A stretch of 62,751 bases of DNA, filler included, from Sphacelaria rigidula (lineage: Eukaryota), in assembly GCA_964200075.2 (NCBI GenBank). It is 11 parts of 11 records of this genome, joined end to end, with 100 filler letters (N's around TTAATTAATTAA, not from the genome) between each part and the next. Parts side by side here need not be neighbours in the genome. Positions count along the whole stretch, not along the records: positions 34,285 to 39,898 come from CAXNAA020025850.1; positions 39,999 to 45,612 come from CAXNAA020025851.1; positions 45,713 to 51,325 come from CAXNAA020025852.1; 8 more parts are not named here. One strand, 5' to 3'. Under the pieces are notes generated by a model, which saw nothing but the letters and a program-made list of their open reading frames with translations, did no database searches and was not told where the DNA came from. The position numbers and the translations under genes were made by a program. Below, one piece after another: positions 35,710-48,240 of the stretch (its first letter is position 1; each line of letters begins with the position of its first letter).

Positions 35710-37613
35710 GTGCCTTCCGCTCAATCGACATCGGTGGGAGGCGCACCTGAAAGAGCAACGTGATATGTACGCTCGCTTCAAAAACGATTTTATTCTCAAG
35801 CCGGCCGAAATGGTCACCCGCGGTAGTAGCTCCGACAGCACAGATGTTCCAGGTAGCGCAACAACGGGGTACGTAAACGTAGAACACAAAACGGCGAACC
35901 CCGCAGAGGCCGAGGGCGGGAGCTCCAGCGCCAAAGCGTGTTCTGCGGCACCGAACATTGCCACGGGTGCTGTGGTGCCTTCAGTTGGCAGTGCCGCAAG
36001 CGATACTTGTTCTACTGCCGAGAATGGCAAAGGTAGTGCCGGCTGCGATGTAGATGTCAACCAAAAGCGACATATATGCGCCCGCATGGCGTCCTCTACT
36101 CTTGACGGAGGAAAAACTCCAGATGTTGTTGACGTAATGAAGACGCCGTCGGTGGCCGCACCAGCTCGACCTCGACGCCGGGACAGTGGCAATCAGGGGT
36201 TAAGGCCGACCAATGACGACCCACTCAGCGATAAGGAGAGCAGTGGGTGGGCGGCGCTGTGGTCGGATAAGGAGTTGATGCAGGCTATAGAGCAGGACGT
36301 GGTGCGGACCTTGCCTTTCCTTGCGTTTTACGCTGGGGGTGCTGAAAGCGGCGAGAAGCATCGACTGGGGCGCGAACGGCACCTCGCCATCGGGCGGATA
36401 CTTTTCGTCCACGCCAAGCTAAACCCTGCGGAGAGTTACACCCAGGGGATGAATGAGATTGTTGGTACACTGTTTTTTGTAATGGGGAATGATCCGCATG
36501 AGGAATGGCGTCAGCATGCTGAGGCAGACACGTTCGCGTGTTTTACGAATCTGATGGCGGAAATCCGAGACGTGTTCATCCAGAGCTTGGATGAGAGCGA
36601 GAGTGGTTTGCAGGGGAAGATGGAGGCTTTCTCCAGAACCCTGCGGCAGCACGATCCAGAGCTTGCCGACCACATGGTGACCGGTGGTTGCATTTCGTCT
36701 TTCGACTTTTTTTTCCATCAAGCCTACGAGTAGCCGCTGTTGGTACGCCCTGGACATACTTGTAGCCCATGTCGCTTGGTGAAATGTGCGGTGACGACTG
36801 TTGACGAAGGCGCCTGCATGTCAATGATCAGGCATGTGGACGTGTTCGACCCTCTTCGTGTCATACCCAAGCCCCAGCCGTTTCCGTAAGACCCGTTGGT
36901 GTTTCTCGGAAACCTTTTGCCGCCCTATGTTGAGTCATCAAAGCCCAAGATCAGTAGATGTACATCCGCCGTATCAGGTATTGAAAAATATCTCGTTGAA
37001 GTCGACAATTAACCCTGCTGTTCACGCTATCGCATTTTACCTTCTACAGGTGAGCTTAGCCCTGGATCCCCGCTACTTCGCGCTGCGGTGGTTCACAACC
37101 CTGCTGTGCCGGGAGTTCGACCTGCCGGACACTATTCGCCTGTGGGACTCCCTCTTCGCTTCACGGAATCGCTCCGACTTCCTCGTGTTTGTCTTCGTTA
37201 CTCTCCTTATCGCGCAACGAGAGGCGCTCCTTGCGGGAGATTTCGCTTCAAACCTCCAACTCCTGCAAGCGTATCCACCGACGGATGTGCCCGAACTCTT
37301 GGCAAGAAGCGAGGCGCTTAGGTTATTCAGCGCTAGGGGAGAAGAAGCTCGGGTGGGCTCGCTGGCGGAGCAGAGGGCTCGTGAGGCGGCTGATGGGGCC
37401 AAGGCGGCGGCGGAACACGTTAATGCCGCGGCGAGGAGGTTCTGGAATGCTGCTACAGATTTCGCGGCGGAGGTAGCCGTTGGCGCTGCAAAAGGAATGG
37501 CGAGCATGGGTGAAGGGCAAGCAGCCCCCGACTCGTCCCTCGGTGTTGTCGATGCTAATGATAGTGTACTACAGTTTGTTGCGGAGGGGGATGCTGTTTT
37601 TCTGAACCGATAG
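35710..37613 (+). CDS. TBC1D13: TBC-domain Rab GTPase-activating protein, TBC1D13-like; last two exons 35710-36676 and 37050-37613
   Basis: IEQDVVRT (Arg finger), YTQGMNEI (Gln finger), AEADTFACF, YFALRWFTTLLCREFDLPDTIRLWDSLF. The GT(36677)..AG(37049) intron joins ELADHM|VSLALDP in frame. Upstream exons were not identified. Confidence 0.9.
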
Positions 37614-38649
37614 CATATGGAGAACACTTTTGTTTTTGATTCGCTGTGTCTGTTTCTTGTGTGTATGTGTCATCACGTAAACGCTCGTGCGCGAAATAGG
37701 TGGTGATTTACGAATATCTGGTGGCTCGAGCGCTCAGCTTTAGCCACGTTTTTACACAGTTCGTGTCCTGCGTGAAGATTCAAGGCGCCATAATTGTTTG
37801 TCCGCCTGCGGTCACCTGTCAGCTTCTTCTAAGCTCGGACCCTATAGTATAGCTGCTGAGCTGACCGGAGATGACTGCAAGCTCGTTACACAAAGGTAGC
37901 TAGCTGTGTGACCTGCAAAATGTTTGGTGGGATGTCGAACGATGACACACGCAGTGCAGCTGCATGCGCAAACCGTACGTCTTTTGTTCATGTTGTGTGT
38001 CTCGTGAAATTATATCTTTGCGTCAAAACCTGGACCCGGTTCTTTCTTGGTGTCAGCAGTGTCCCGTGTGCGTAATCATGGCGCAGAGCATTCACAGCAC
38101 AACACACCAAGAAATCGTGTTTGAAAAAAATGCGCTCGAGGAGGGGGTTGAACGTGAACATTGGAAGGACACTGCTACACAACTGCTCGCTCATGCACCC
38201 TACCCGTTTCTCGGCTAGGGCACATAGTCCGTCCTTCTGCAGTAACACATCCTCAGATCGCAGCAGTCTCGGCAGCAAAACGATAACTCTTTGTTGTCTT
38301 CAGTATCAACATCCCGCCGTCATGACCAGAGTTTTGCGGAAATTCCGCGCGCCCAGGATAGAGCACTTCATCCAGCCAGGTCTACGAGGATCCTTCAGGA
38401 GCATGCGTTACTGTCAGGGGGTAAAACGTCAAAACAAGAGCCGCGAAGGAATTCGGGTGTACATCCTGAAGTTGTCATGAGCCGCACTTCTCATGACCAA
38501 CAGAAATTAAAGGCTGGGAAGCTGCCTTGTCGGAGCTTCTGCGCCGTTTTACGTCCTAAATGAGAGCTAGACAGACTTTGAGGTCCTGCGATACCTTTCT
38601 GCAGTCGTTAAGACGGTTTCAGCATACATGTGCGTCTTTCTGGCGTGTG

Positions 38650-39033
38650 TGTGTGTGTTGTGTCGTCCCATGTATTCTTGACGTCAGTCTACACCTTTCG
38701 GTATATGTGGGCGCTAATAGAAAGGCTCATCTTTATCTTGTATTTTTGAGCTACCCGGAGCATTAGGCTTTCTATTACGCACCACCCGCCGGGGTCACAA
38801 CTCTCCACCTCTCTTCTGCGATGCTTGCCTTTTTTTTTCATCGCGAGAGGGGTTCAGCAGTCCCATTCCCTCGTCGATCGTTGAGTCGAATTTTGTGTAC
38901 CCACGACACAATCGCTCTCCACTGCTGGGCATTGAGTGAGGAAAAATCCTAGATCGCTCCGAGATTCGAACCCACGACCCAAACGTCAGAAGGTATTGAG
39001 GTAACCGACTGAGCCACCGGGGCGACCGGCCGG
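38650..39033 (-). mobile_element. tRNA-derived SINE copy
   Basis: Reverse complement has TGGCTCAGTCGG and GGTTCGAATC, and the body matches 10708-11065. Confidence 0.8.
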
Positions 39034-40544
39034 CCACATTTTTTTCTCGCCCAAATTTTTGCATTTTTCTTGGAGATCGCTAATTTTCTCGGAGACCGGT
39101 CGAGTCCAGAATTTTTTCGGAAGTGTGTATGAACTCAACCGACGTCCGAGAAAAAATCAAGTTCGGGCAGGTTCGGGTAAGAAAAAAACTGCGGCCACCG
39201 CAAAAGCGCAGAAGTGTGTTGGAACCGTCTCAACCATTACAGCAAGGCATTCCAAGATGTCGAAAGCCGCCTAGCTCCCTATTCGGGCGTGACACGACGT
39301 GAAAACAACCCCCAGAAGACAGATTTTCCAGATTTTTACTTCTGTTTCCCATAAAAAAGCAGCCTTCCATCGGCAACCAACCCATGATGACGTCAAATTT
39401 GTTCAGAATAAGGCTTCCATTTCCTCAGGGTTACACAGTAGTAGCAGTTTGGTGCCTTGCTTCCGAGGGGCTCATGATGAGGGAGAGCCCATGATCAAAT
39501 AGTATGGTCCCAAATAGCTGAGTCACAAGTCGCTGTCACGCCCTTTGTGTTTTGTCTACATGTACTCCTATGGGTGTGGCATGTGGTTTCTGCTGTTTTC
39601 GCACGGCCTTTTTTCACCTCAAGATAGGCGTGCTGTAGGGATCGGCCATTCCTGGATGTAATTTGTTTTACATCTAATTTTATTATCATCGTGTTTCATT
39701 TTTTTCTAGTTATTGTTCGTGCCTTTCCTTTCCTTTCCCTTCCTGCTTGTTTTTGTTTCTCAGCTTACTTCTTTTTTTCGTTCTTTCCCCGTATTTTTCC
39801 TCTTTTTTTTTTTTCTCTAGCGGGCGTTTCCGTTTTGTTCACCTTCGGTACGTACAGCTTTTTTCTTGTATCCAATGGGATCGGAAGGTGCCACGTCTNN
39901 NNNNNNNNNNNNNNNNNNNNNNNNNNNNNNNNNNNNNNNNNNTTAATTAATTAANNNNNNNNNNNNNNNNNNNNNNNNNNNNNNNNNNNNNNNNNNNNCC
40001 CCTACTTCGCCCCTTTTGTTTTTATTTCTGTGGCACGGACCATTCTCACCACCCCCCCACCCCCCATATCGTAGCATCACTCATTTGCCTATAGGCGTAG
40101 ACCGTACGATTTGGTATTCGATTATACACACGCTCAGCTTTTCACAGGGCAGTCCTCTCTCTTTCAGACGCTCGTAAAACACGGAAAAAGCCAAGGCTGT
40201 GTTCTTCAAATATAAAGAGGGATGGATACTGCATGAAAAGCTCCGCCGGTGATATGTCGGGTAGGTAGCACCACCGAAAAAGTCTACTTCGGTGCAGTTC
40301 TACGGTGAGAATAAACTTTCTACATACTTCCCCCATCCCATGAGTCCGGGTCTCTTGGTTATTAAGGAACGTTCACCCCAATTGCGTGTGTGTACGACAC
40401 TAAAGGTTGGTATCGTTGGAAAGATGCAACGTAGGGGAAGTCGACAGAAAAAAAATCTGACGAGAATATTTTTTGTTCAAGATTGCGTTCAGACCATTTC
40501 TTACAGTTGGTGCTTTGGGGAAGGGCGCGGAAGGGGGGGGGGGG

Positions 40545-40921
40545 GTTCACTTGTGGGACATTCGGCACGGCTTTTAGCCCCAAAGAGGAAATATCGCCAT
40601 CACATGCCTACTTGGCCTCGCGGGTCGAGTTGGGAAGCCGAGTGCGACCCCCTGGAGTCCGAATGGCCACGTGCGGCACCGGATCTTCCGAGGTTAGCCA
40701 TATTCATTATCCTTCTTTTCTATTACTTATTCCTGTTTTGCTCGTATCGCATTTTGGGAGTTTTCGTCTGGGTCTATTTTGTTTTGTTTTGTTGTTTTTG
40801 TTTGATTTCCTCATACCGTATTATAAGTACAAGTAGCTAGCCTGTGACCACAGAAGGCGTCCGCATCAGATGCCCAATACGAATGTACCGCGCAGATATC
40901 AGGACGATTTTTAGTGTGGAG

Positions 40922-40954
<33 letters not shown>

Positions 40955-41095
40955 TGTCTTCGGCACTTCGCACCGCTCCAATCGGAAAAGTGAGCTAGAT
41001 TCCTCTCGGTGGGGCGATGCGAAGTGTGTGAGACATGTGATGGAGATATTTCAGTTTGGGGACCAAAAGCCGCATCAAATGTCTCAACACTGAAA
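40545..41095. repeat. Degenerate inverted-repeat element; arm also at ~11218-11328; (ACA)n at 40922-40954
   Basis: GGGACATTCGGCACGGCTTTTAGCCCCAAAG..AAATATCGCCATCACATG has an inverted counterpart at ~41030-41095. Confidence 0.55.
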
Positions 41096-42705
41096 AATAC
41101 CCCGCCCCCCCCCTCCCAAAAAACCAACCACAGTAAGAAACGGTCTTCCACTCTCTGTAGTATTTCGGGAAAAAAATTGAGTGCTTATTTTTCATAATCG
41201 AGCTCCAGCGATGCAGAGGACGACCAACTGTTGAGGGAGACGAAAACGTCTTTTTATTCTCTGCTCCCGAAGTGGGGGCGAAATATGGCCATTTTTAGGC
41301 GGATTGCTTTTTTTTTTTTGGCCGCATGGTAGAAACGATTACTGGAACAAATAGCTTCAAACCTGAAAAAAATGTCAAAGGAAACGATAACAAGAAAACT
41401 TCAAAATCATACACGGTTGAGGGCCCGTGTAAACTTAAACCCAACGACCCTACATGAGTAATGGGACAGAGGGAGTGTATTCGAGTATACACCTGGTGGT
41501 CGGTCACGACATACAATTATCCAGGCGAACTGCAAGTGCCGAACATACAGAATGGTACGGTACCTAAAACGCGGTTAATCCCAGACATTCATCACCCAAG
41601 ATCCTGAGTATTGCGGACACAAAAAAAAAATAGATTATGAACATTCTCACACGAGCGAAAAAATACGCATGGGCATCTCCTTGTACGAGTAGCAATGGGG
41701 GCTGGAGGCGGAAACTGTCATAATCCACACGTCGTATAGCTCATAAGCCACCTCAATATTAATTTCTAATGAGTATACTCATCCGGATCATGAGCTAGCT
41801 CATTTTCGCTCTCATTTTCCATAGAAGCTACCGACAGCGCTGGACCTCGAGCACGTGAAGTAGCGCGAAGATAGCGCTCGGGCTTCTCGGCCACTGCTGA
41901 AACGTATTTTGTGTTGTTGGACAAGGGATCTGAGAATCATCTTCCATCAGTCGTTTCGGGTATCTCATGAGTTATCTGAAGTGTATCATAGTCAAAAGTT
42001 ATATTATTCTCGAGCGGAGGAACAAACATATGATGTCTCATTTTTTTCTCCCTCTCTCTAAAAGTTACCTGTTTGAAGGACTCGGGTGTGGACACTCCAG
42101 CTCCCATTGTATGTTGTGAAGTATATGTGTTTTTTCTTCTCTTTTCTCGAGAAAGGCGATGGATGGATGCTGCGCTTGTTGATCAGGCGAAGTCTTGCGA
42201 CCGCCGGTCTGAGAGAAGGCGAGAAAACGAGGCAAGCAAGCACAGAAGAAAATTGGGGAAAAGGAAACAACAGAATCAACGGAAGGTGATCTCAGGTGTT
42301 GAGTAGGCATCAACAGACAATTCCGAGTGAGCACGGGTCAACTTCTGGTGGTCAGGTTACAGGAATAGCACATGCGGATGATAGGCACACGCGCTCAGCG
42401 CATTTTACAAAGCATGTAGTCATTTCCTCCGCGCTAGTATTGCACACACCAGACACACCAAAAAACACACGACCTGCAGCCTAACGCAAGCATCACACCC
42501 CTGCCGATTTTTCCGTGCTGCCGTGCGGTGGCACCCACCCACAGCACGCAGGAGAATCGGGGACAGAGCACTCGTCAAGTTGACGCCAAGTCGAACACCG
42601 TGGCACCGACACGACATAACCGTGCTGTCGTCATGGTGTGCAACCTGATGCCAGTCAACGGTGGCAGTAGACGGGCGTGTAAAATATGCGCTTTTGATCT
42701 GTTGT

Positions 42706-42967
42706 GCGTTTGTGTGTTGTCCTCCGAGTCCTTCTGGACGCCAGTCTACACAGTTTGGGATGTGTGGGTACATCAGCCGGGGTCATTCATAAGCGAGTTT
42801 TTTTTGTTTTGTTTGTCTCAGCACTCCACCTAAGGTACCCACGACATGGTCACGCTCCACCGTTGGGCATGTTGTCAGAAAAAATCCCAGATCGTGTGAG
42901 ATTCAAACCCACGTCCCAACCGTCAGAGGGTTTAGAAGTTACCAAAAAAGCCAACGGGGCGACCGGC
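42706..42967 (-). mobile_element. tRNA-derived SINE copy (internally deleted)
   Basis: Head and tail match the 10708 and 38650 copies. Confidence 0.7.
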
Positions 42968-44589
42968 CTGAGATACGCACACACACACATATGTAAACGG
43001 TATTCAAGACGGGGAGCGGTCATCAAGTTGTTGCAGTCACTCCGCGCTGTCTAAATGCAGGCACAACACACAAAGACACAGCCCTCAACGAGACTGTGAC
43101 GGGCCGAAGTTTGGATTAGTGAAACTGGTGCCGCTGGTTTTGGCAAAAAGGCGAAACAGAGACACGGTTGTTCGCTTCATTGGAGATTTCGGGAGGAACC
43201 ACCGTATTTCTATTTTTATTTCAGAACCTTTCTCGGACACCGGATGCTGCTGCCAGATGCATCCATATTTTTTTCCAACCCGGAAACCAATAGTAGTGAG
43301 CATGAACACTTCAACATATTTCAACACCGGAAGGCGAATATCGGTCAAAGACTACCGCAGGCTGCGGATCCAACTGCGAGACGCTCTACTATGGCGCAGT
43401 TGATGTGTTGATGCCAGCTGCTCATGTCTCAAAAGCTCCACAAGTACGCGCCCGGCTTGCACAAGAAGTACCTGGTGCCCATGTACACCTCGTGAGATCA
43501 CCGGAAATTCTCGTGTAACAAGAATAAAAAATAAAAGAGAAGAAGAGTGTCGAATGTATACGTAAGGCTTTGAGCGGGTCACCCTTCTCCAAGGTTGCAG
43601 AGGGGGGCCTTACGTTCGGGGATCGAGCGGCTTGTAACCATTTCGGGTCCAGAACACTCGTCATAAGAGTCGGCCTTTAGTCAGATCTGAGCCGGAGTGT
43701 GTATCTACTCGATCTGCGACTTTGACGGCACGTATACCTGGCGATGTAGATCCATCACCGCGCATTTGGCAACCGGATGGGAAAGGATGTATGACACTGC
43801 GGAATATGGGAGAGCGTCTATTGCACGATATATATCCCGCCACGGCAATACCCGACGAGTTGACGCTGCGTGTTCCCAGCGGCAGTACAACGAGTACTGT
43901 TATGCCCGTGAATGAAGGCGCTAGCGACCATGAATCCGTGGGCAAAAAACAATGAAAAGGATATCGGAGGAATAAGGAAGACGCCATGAACTGTTCGGAC
44001 CTGCACCGAACCTCTGCTGAACAGAACACACGCTCCATCCAACGTTACCCAGGTCTAGTACGCGACAGCTGTAACTTTTCATCGCCTCGTTCTCAAGACA
44101 GAAGCAAATCGGTATGTGGCACTTCACAGCTCCCCGCACACGCACTAGACCTGAGGAACCATGGGGCGGATTTTCTCAAGTCGCCACAGCGGACACGAAA
44201 AGCCGTTGAAGGAAACGCGTTTTCAAGTACATTTTGGCGGTTTGCAGGGTGCTGCGGCCTCTGCGGTGGGCGTTCCGGAAATCCGCCGTAACAGGAACTA
44301 GATTGGGTGTGTTGGAAGCGTACGCATCAAACCGCAGTTCGATCCTCTGCTTGGTTGTGCGGCCGCGTCTTGCTCGACACTGTTTATCATATCAATGGAG
44401 ATTGGTGAGAGCATGATCGTCTCCAATTGATGCCGCGGATAATGGATTATGATCGCAGCAGAATGTCTCCATAAGAGAGAGTTTTGGAAGGCATTTTTTC
44501 CATCTTAGAGTCAGAGCTGGAAAAAAAATAGTCGGTAACGGTGCACATTCCGCTCCGATTTGTTTCTTGAGATCGATTTTCTCAGAGTC

Positions 44590-45062
44590 AGGCTACTTCT
44601 TACGTAAAAAAATGAAACTTGTTGAAAAGTACACTTTTGGCCCTTCTCCGTCGTTCCCCCCCGAAAAGAGGGCCAGGCGGACGTTGACACCATGGAATGA
44701 CTTGCTCTACTCGATGAGACCTTTCCCGGATACCTTCGCGTTTTCCGTGGGTCACAGTTCCCGTTTTGGACAAACTTGCATTATATCAAGTAACGAACGG
44801 TCAAGTTGTCAAAAAATAGGTAAAAAACTGCCATTTCTTATATACCTTGACCGCTTGTTATCGAAAATGCAAGTTTGGGCAAAACCGAAACTGTGATCTA
44901 CGGAAAATGCAAAGGTGTTCTGGAACGGTCTCAGCGAGTAGAGCAAGCCATTCCAAGGTGTCAACATTTGCCTAGCCCTCACTTCGGGGGGAAAACGACG
45001 GAGAAGGGCCAAAAATGCACTTTTCTGCAAGTTCTTCTTTAGTACATGAGAAGTAGCCTCAG
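44590..45062. mobile_element. Foldback element: ~215-bp inverted arms, ~35-bp spacer
   Basis: TTTTGGCCCTTCTCCGTCGTT...TTGACACC.TGGAATG.CTTGCTCTACTCG.TGAGACC is present on both strands (antisense ORFs share TPWN.LLYS.RPF..TFAFSV.HS). Confidence 0.8.
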
Positions 45063-45194
45063 AGTTCCGTTTGCACATCTTCACTCTGAAGACCTTGTTC
45101 CTGTTCAGTGTCCATAGCGGAACGAAAAAAAACACGCCCATCTTCACCACCATGGTCACAGCCAGTCCAAAATCATTACACCTCAACCCTTGGA

Positions 45195-45410
45195 CAGCGA
45201 CCCCCCCGCTGGTAGACTGAGGTAGACTACGTGCGGTCTGCAGCGTACTGGATCTTGCAGTGTTGATCGTGCCGAGTGTACGCAGCGTGCGCCCCTGACT
45301 ACCGTAGAGCAATTGATCGGCGATGACGGTCGCCTCACGGTCGAAGTACTTGTCTACATCTACGTGCGTCGGGTACTTGTGGCCGCCGCTCGCGTATTGC
45401 GCCATGACGT
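45195..45410 (-). CDS. Possible orphan exon
   Basis: GC3-rich open frame MAQYASGGHKYPTHVDVDKYFDREATVIADQLLYGSQGRTLRTLG. No family recognised. Confidence 0.3.
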
Positions 45411-46857
45411 TTGATACCAGATGGAGGTGTGGAGCTAGTACGACGCTCGGGCAGTACTGGACAGACAGACACAGGGTACCGGAGATGCTCGTACACCTAC
45501 TTCTTGGTGATATAATCTATGGTTGATTTGGCATGCTCAGAATGAGTTATGAGGGTAGGGAGCGAATGTGTCTAGCGTATGTCTACCTCTACCGTAACAA
45601 AAGTGCTCATTTNNNNNNNNNNNNNNNNNNNNNNNNNNNNNNNNNNNNNNNNNNNNTTAATTAATTAANNNNNNNNNNNNNNNNNNNNNNNNNNNNNNNN
45701 NNNNNNNNNNNNACGAGTAACTCAAAAAGGTACGGTGAGAAGTGACAACACTAGAGGTCCTGATGGCAGTCGATAGAGCGCTGACTTGTCAGTAGTCTAG
45801 TTGGTAGTCTCTCAAACCGTCGCAAACCTTAGTTATGTCTATGTCCCATATTTTGAGCGCAATTTATTTCGGCGAATTTCATAGACATCTCTTATGAGCG
45901 GGCCGGCACTTTACCGTGCCAGGACTCAGTCTACACAGCAGAGGATGGAGCGAAAGGAAACGTATGATGACTGTGGCTGCCGTGGTGGCGATCAAAAGTG
46001 GGGATCACCTAGTTTGGGCAGGTGGTACAAAAGCGTTTCGGCTGCGGTTGCTGCAGCTCTGCTGTGAGCATGTTGCTCCGTGTTGCTCAAGTCAACCCTA
46101 CACTACTGTGTGTTGCATACATATAACCCTTCACAAGTATGCAATTATCGTACAGTTCGCCCCATGGTGTCAGAGACCAGTAGAAAAGGTATCGCGAGGT
46201 CATGGCAGCCTGAATCTATGCGTGTTATTGTCGTAATGTACTGTGTGTCGACACCATGGGAGTGCCTGCCTTCCCGCCTGCTGCTATGCTATACAGTACT
46301 CCTGACAGACTGCATGCAAGGAGATTGGCGTGCAATCGCAAAATGCGGCGGATTTCTAGCCAATGAGAGGCCTTCCTTGGGACATCTGTCTTGCACAAAG
46401 AAATTCATAACGACATCTCATGCTGCTGCAAGCAAGGTTCATAATCTAGTCGGGCACTGAGAGGGGTGAGTGTCGTGTATTCACCGCGACCTCTTGTGGT
46501 GTGCTTCCGTGTCGTGCTTATTGTGCAAAGGAGCAACCGAGACTCATCTTAAGCTCCGAGGACAGTCCACTTTACTGCCTCGAGTCTGCTGTTTGCGGTG
46601 TAATAAACAGCAACGTTGAAGCTGACTACTGCAGCAGGACTACAGTAGTACAACCGTACACAGCGATCAGTGCACTCGGCGATACACAGGTGAGACTGCA
46701 CTGGTGCAGCAGTACATATACTATTGCACACAGGTTGTATTTTGTCGACACGCTCGGCGTACCCTAATCCTTCCCCAGGAGGTGTGCTTGTGCGACTACT
46801 AACTATACTAGCGGCTCAAAACACACAGCCGCGCAGTACCACAGGGTCATTGTTTAG

Positions 46858-48240
46858 ATGGACCCGGCACATGGCGACAAGCGTGGTTGTCATGTTCAAC
46901 GACGTCCTGGTGGTGCTGAACATTCCGCATCACGCAGCGGTGCATGCGACGGAATCAGCCGTAGCCTTGGTGCCAGCTTGGCACGGAATCCTCTCCAAGA
47001 TCACTCAGACATCCTTCGCTACTTAACCCCGTATACCACGGGCGAGGGCTACCTGTTTGTGGCCGGGGTGTCCACGCGTTGGAAGACTGCCTGGGGCGAT
47101 CGGCCCAAGATGACCCATGTGAATGTTGCGGTACAGTCCGCATTATGCCTAGCATGGGCGAAAGACAGCGGGTACCCCTGGGATAAGAGTACGTGCAGGC
47201 GGGCGGCAGCGAGTGGCTACTTGGAGGCCCTTCGGTATGCTCGAGGTCACAGTTGTCCTTGGGATGCGTCGACCTGTATGTTCGCTGCCAGGGGGGGGTA
47301 TCTAGCGGTGGTGCAGTGGAGCAAAGCAAACGGTTGTCCCTGGAGTGAGAGTATATGTAGTTACGCTGCCATGGGTGGGAATCTTGAAGTGCTGAGGTGG
47401 TGCAGAGCCAACGGCTGTCCCTGGAGTGAGAGGACGTGCGCTTATGCTGCCATGGGCGGGCATCTTAAGGTGTTGCAGTGGTGCAGAGCTCAAGGATGTC
47501 GCTGGAATACAGTAACCATTTCTAACGCTGCTAGGAACGGACATCTTGAAATGCTGCAGTGGTGCAGAGGTAATGGCTGTCCATGGGATGACCGGGCATG
47601 TGCTCACGCTGCCCGGAACGGGCACCTTGAGGTGCTGCGATGGTTGAGAGCTAACGGCTGTCCCTGGGACGAACTTTCGCCTGCCCTCGCTGCAAACGGG
47701 GGACATCTTGAAGTGCTCCAGTGGTGCAGAGCTAATGGTTGTCCATGGCACGAAGGGGCAACGTCTTACGCTGCTTGGAAAGGGCATCTTGGGGTGCTGC
47801 AGTGGTGCAGAGCTAACGGCTGTCCCTGGGACCATCAGGCATGCTCTTACGCTGCCAGAGGGGGGCATCTGGAGGTTCTGAAGTGGTGCAGAGCTAACGG
47901 CTGCTCATGGGACGACCAGGCATGTGCTCAGGCCGCTGGGAACGGGCACCTCGAGGTGCTGCAGTGGTTGAGAGCCAACGACTGTCCCTGGAACGAGTTG
48001 TCATGTGCCGACGCTGCAAAAAGGGGCCATCTTGGAGTGCTCAAATGGTGCAGAGCCAACGGCTGTCCATGGGACAAACGGGCATGCAAATATGCCGCGT
48101 GGAAGGGACATCTTGAGGTACTGAAATGGTTGAGAGCCAACAAATGTCCGTGGGATGAGGGAGTGCCCAGAGCGGCCGAGCGGGGAGGACACACGGAGGT
48201 TGCAGAGTGGTGCATTGCCAACGGATGTCTTTACTCGTAG
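46858..48240 (+). CDS. F-box-like + ~13 x 25-aa ankyrin-like (GCPW...AA..GHLEVLQWCRAN) repeat protein, uninterrupted ORF
   Basis: 460-aa intact ORF with 75-bp periodicity. N-terminal ILRYLTPY...YLFVAGVSTRWKTAW resembles an F-box. Confidence 0.88.
   Translation: MDPAHGDKRGCHVQRRPGGAEHSASRSGACDGISRSLGASLARNPLQDHSDILRYLTPYTTGEGYLFVAGVSTRWKTAWGDRPKMTHVNVAVQSALCLAWAKDSGYPWDKSTCRRAAASGYLEALRYARGHSCPWDASTCMFAARGGYLAVVQWSKANGCPWSESICSYAAMGGNLEVLRWCRANGCPWSERTCAYAAMGGHLKVLQWCRAQGCRWNTVTISNAARNGHLEMLQWCRGNGCPWDDRACAHAARNGHLEVLRWLRANGCPWDELSPALAANGGHLEVLQWCRANGCPWHEGATSYAAWKGHLGVLQWCRANGCPWDHQACSYAARGGHLEVLKWCRANGCSWDDQACAQAAGNGHLEVLQWLRANDCPWNELSCADAAKRGHLGVLKWCRANGCPWDKRACKYAAWKGHLEVLKWLRANKCPWDEGVPRAAERGGHTEVAEWCIANGCLYS

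Noticed and set aside
43351..43491. Exon QLLMSQKLHKYAPGLHKKYLVPMYT
   Set aside because: GC3-rich with a GTGAG donor, but no clean acceptor or frame and no recognisable family.
35650..48221. Antisense ORFs over the TBC and ankyrin genes (e.g. 35650-36192, 37073-37627, 47302-47868)
   Set aside because: These are shadows of GC-rich sense coding sequence.
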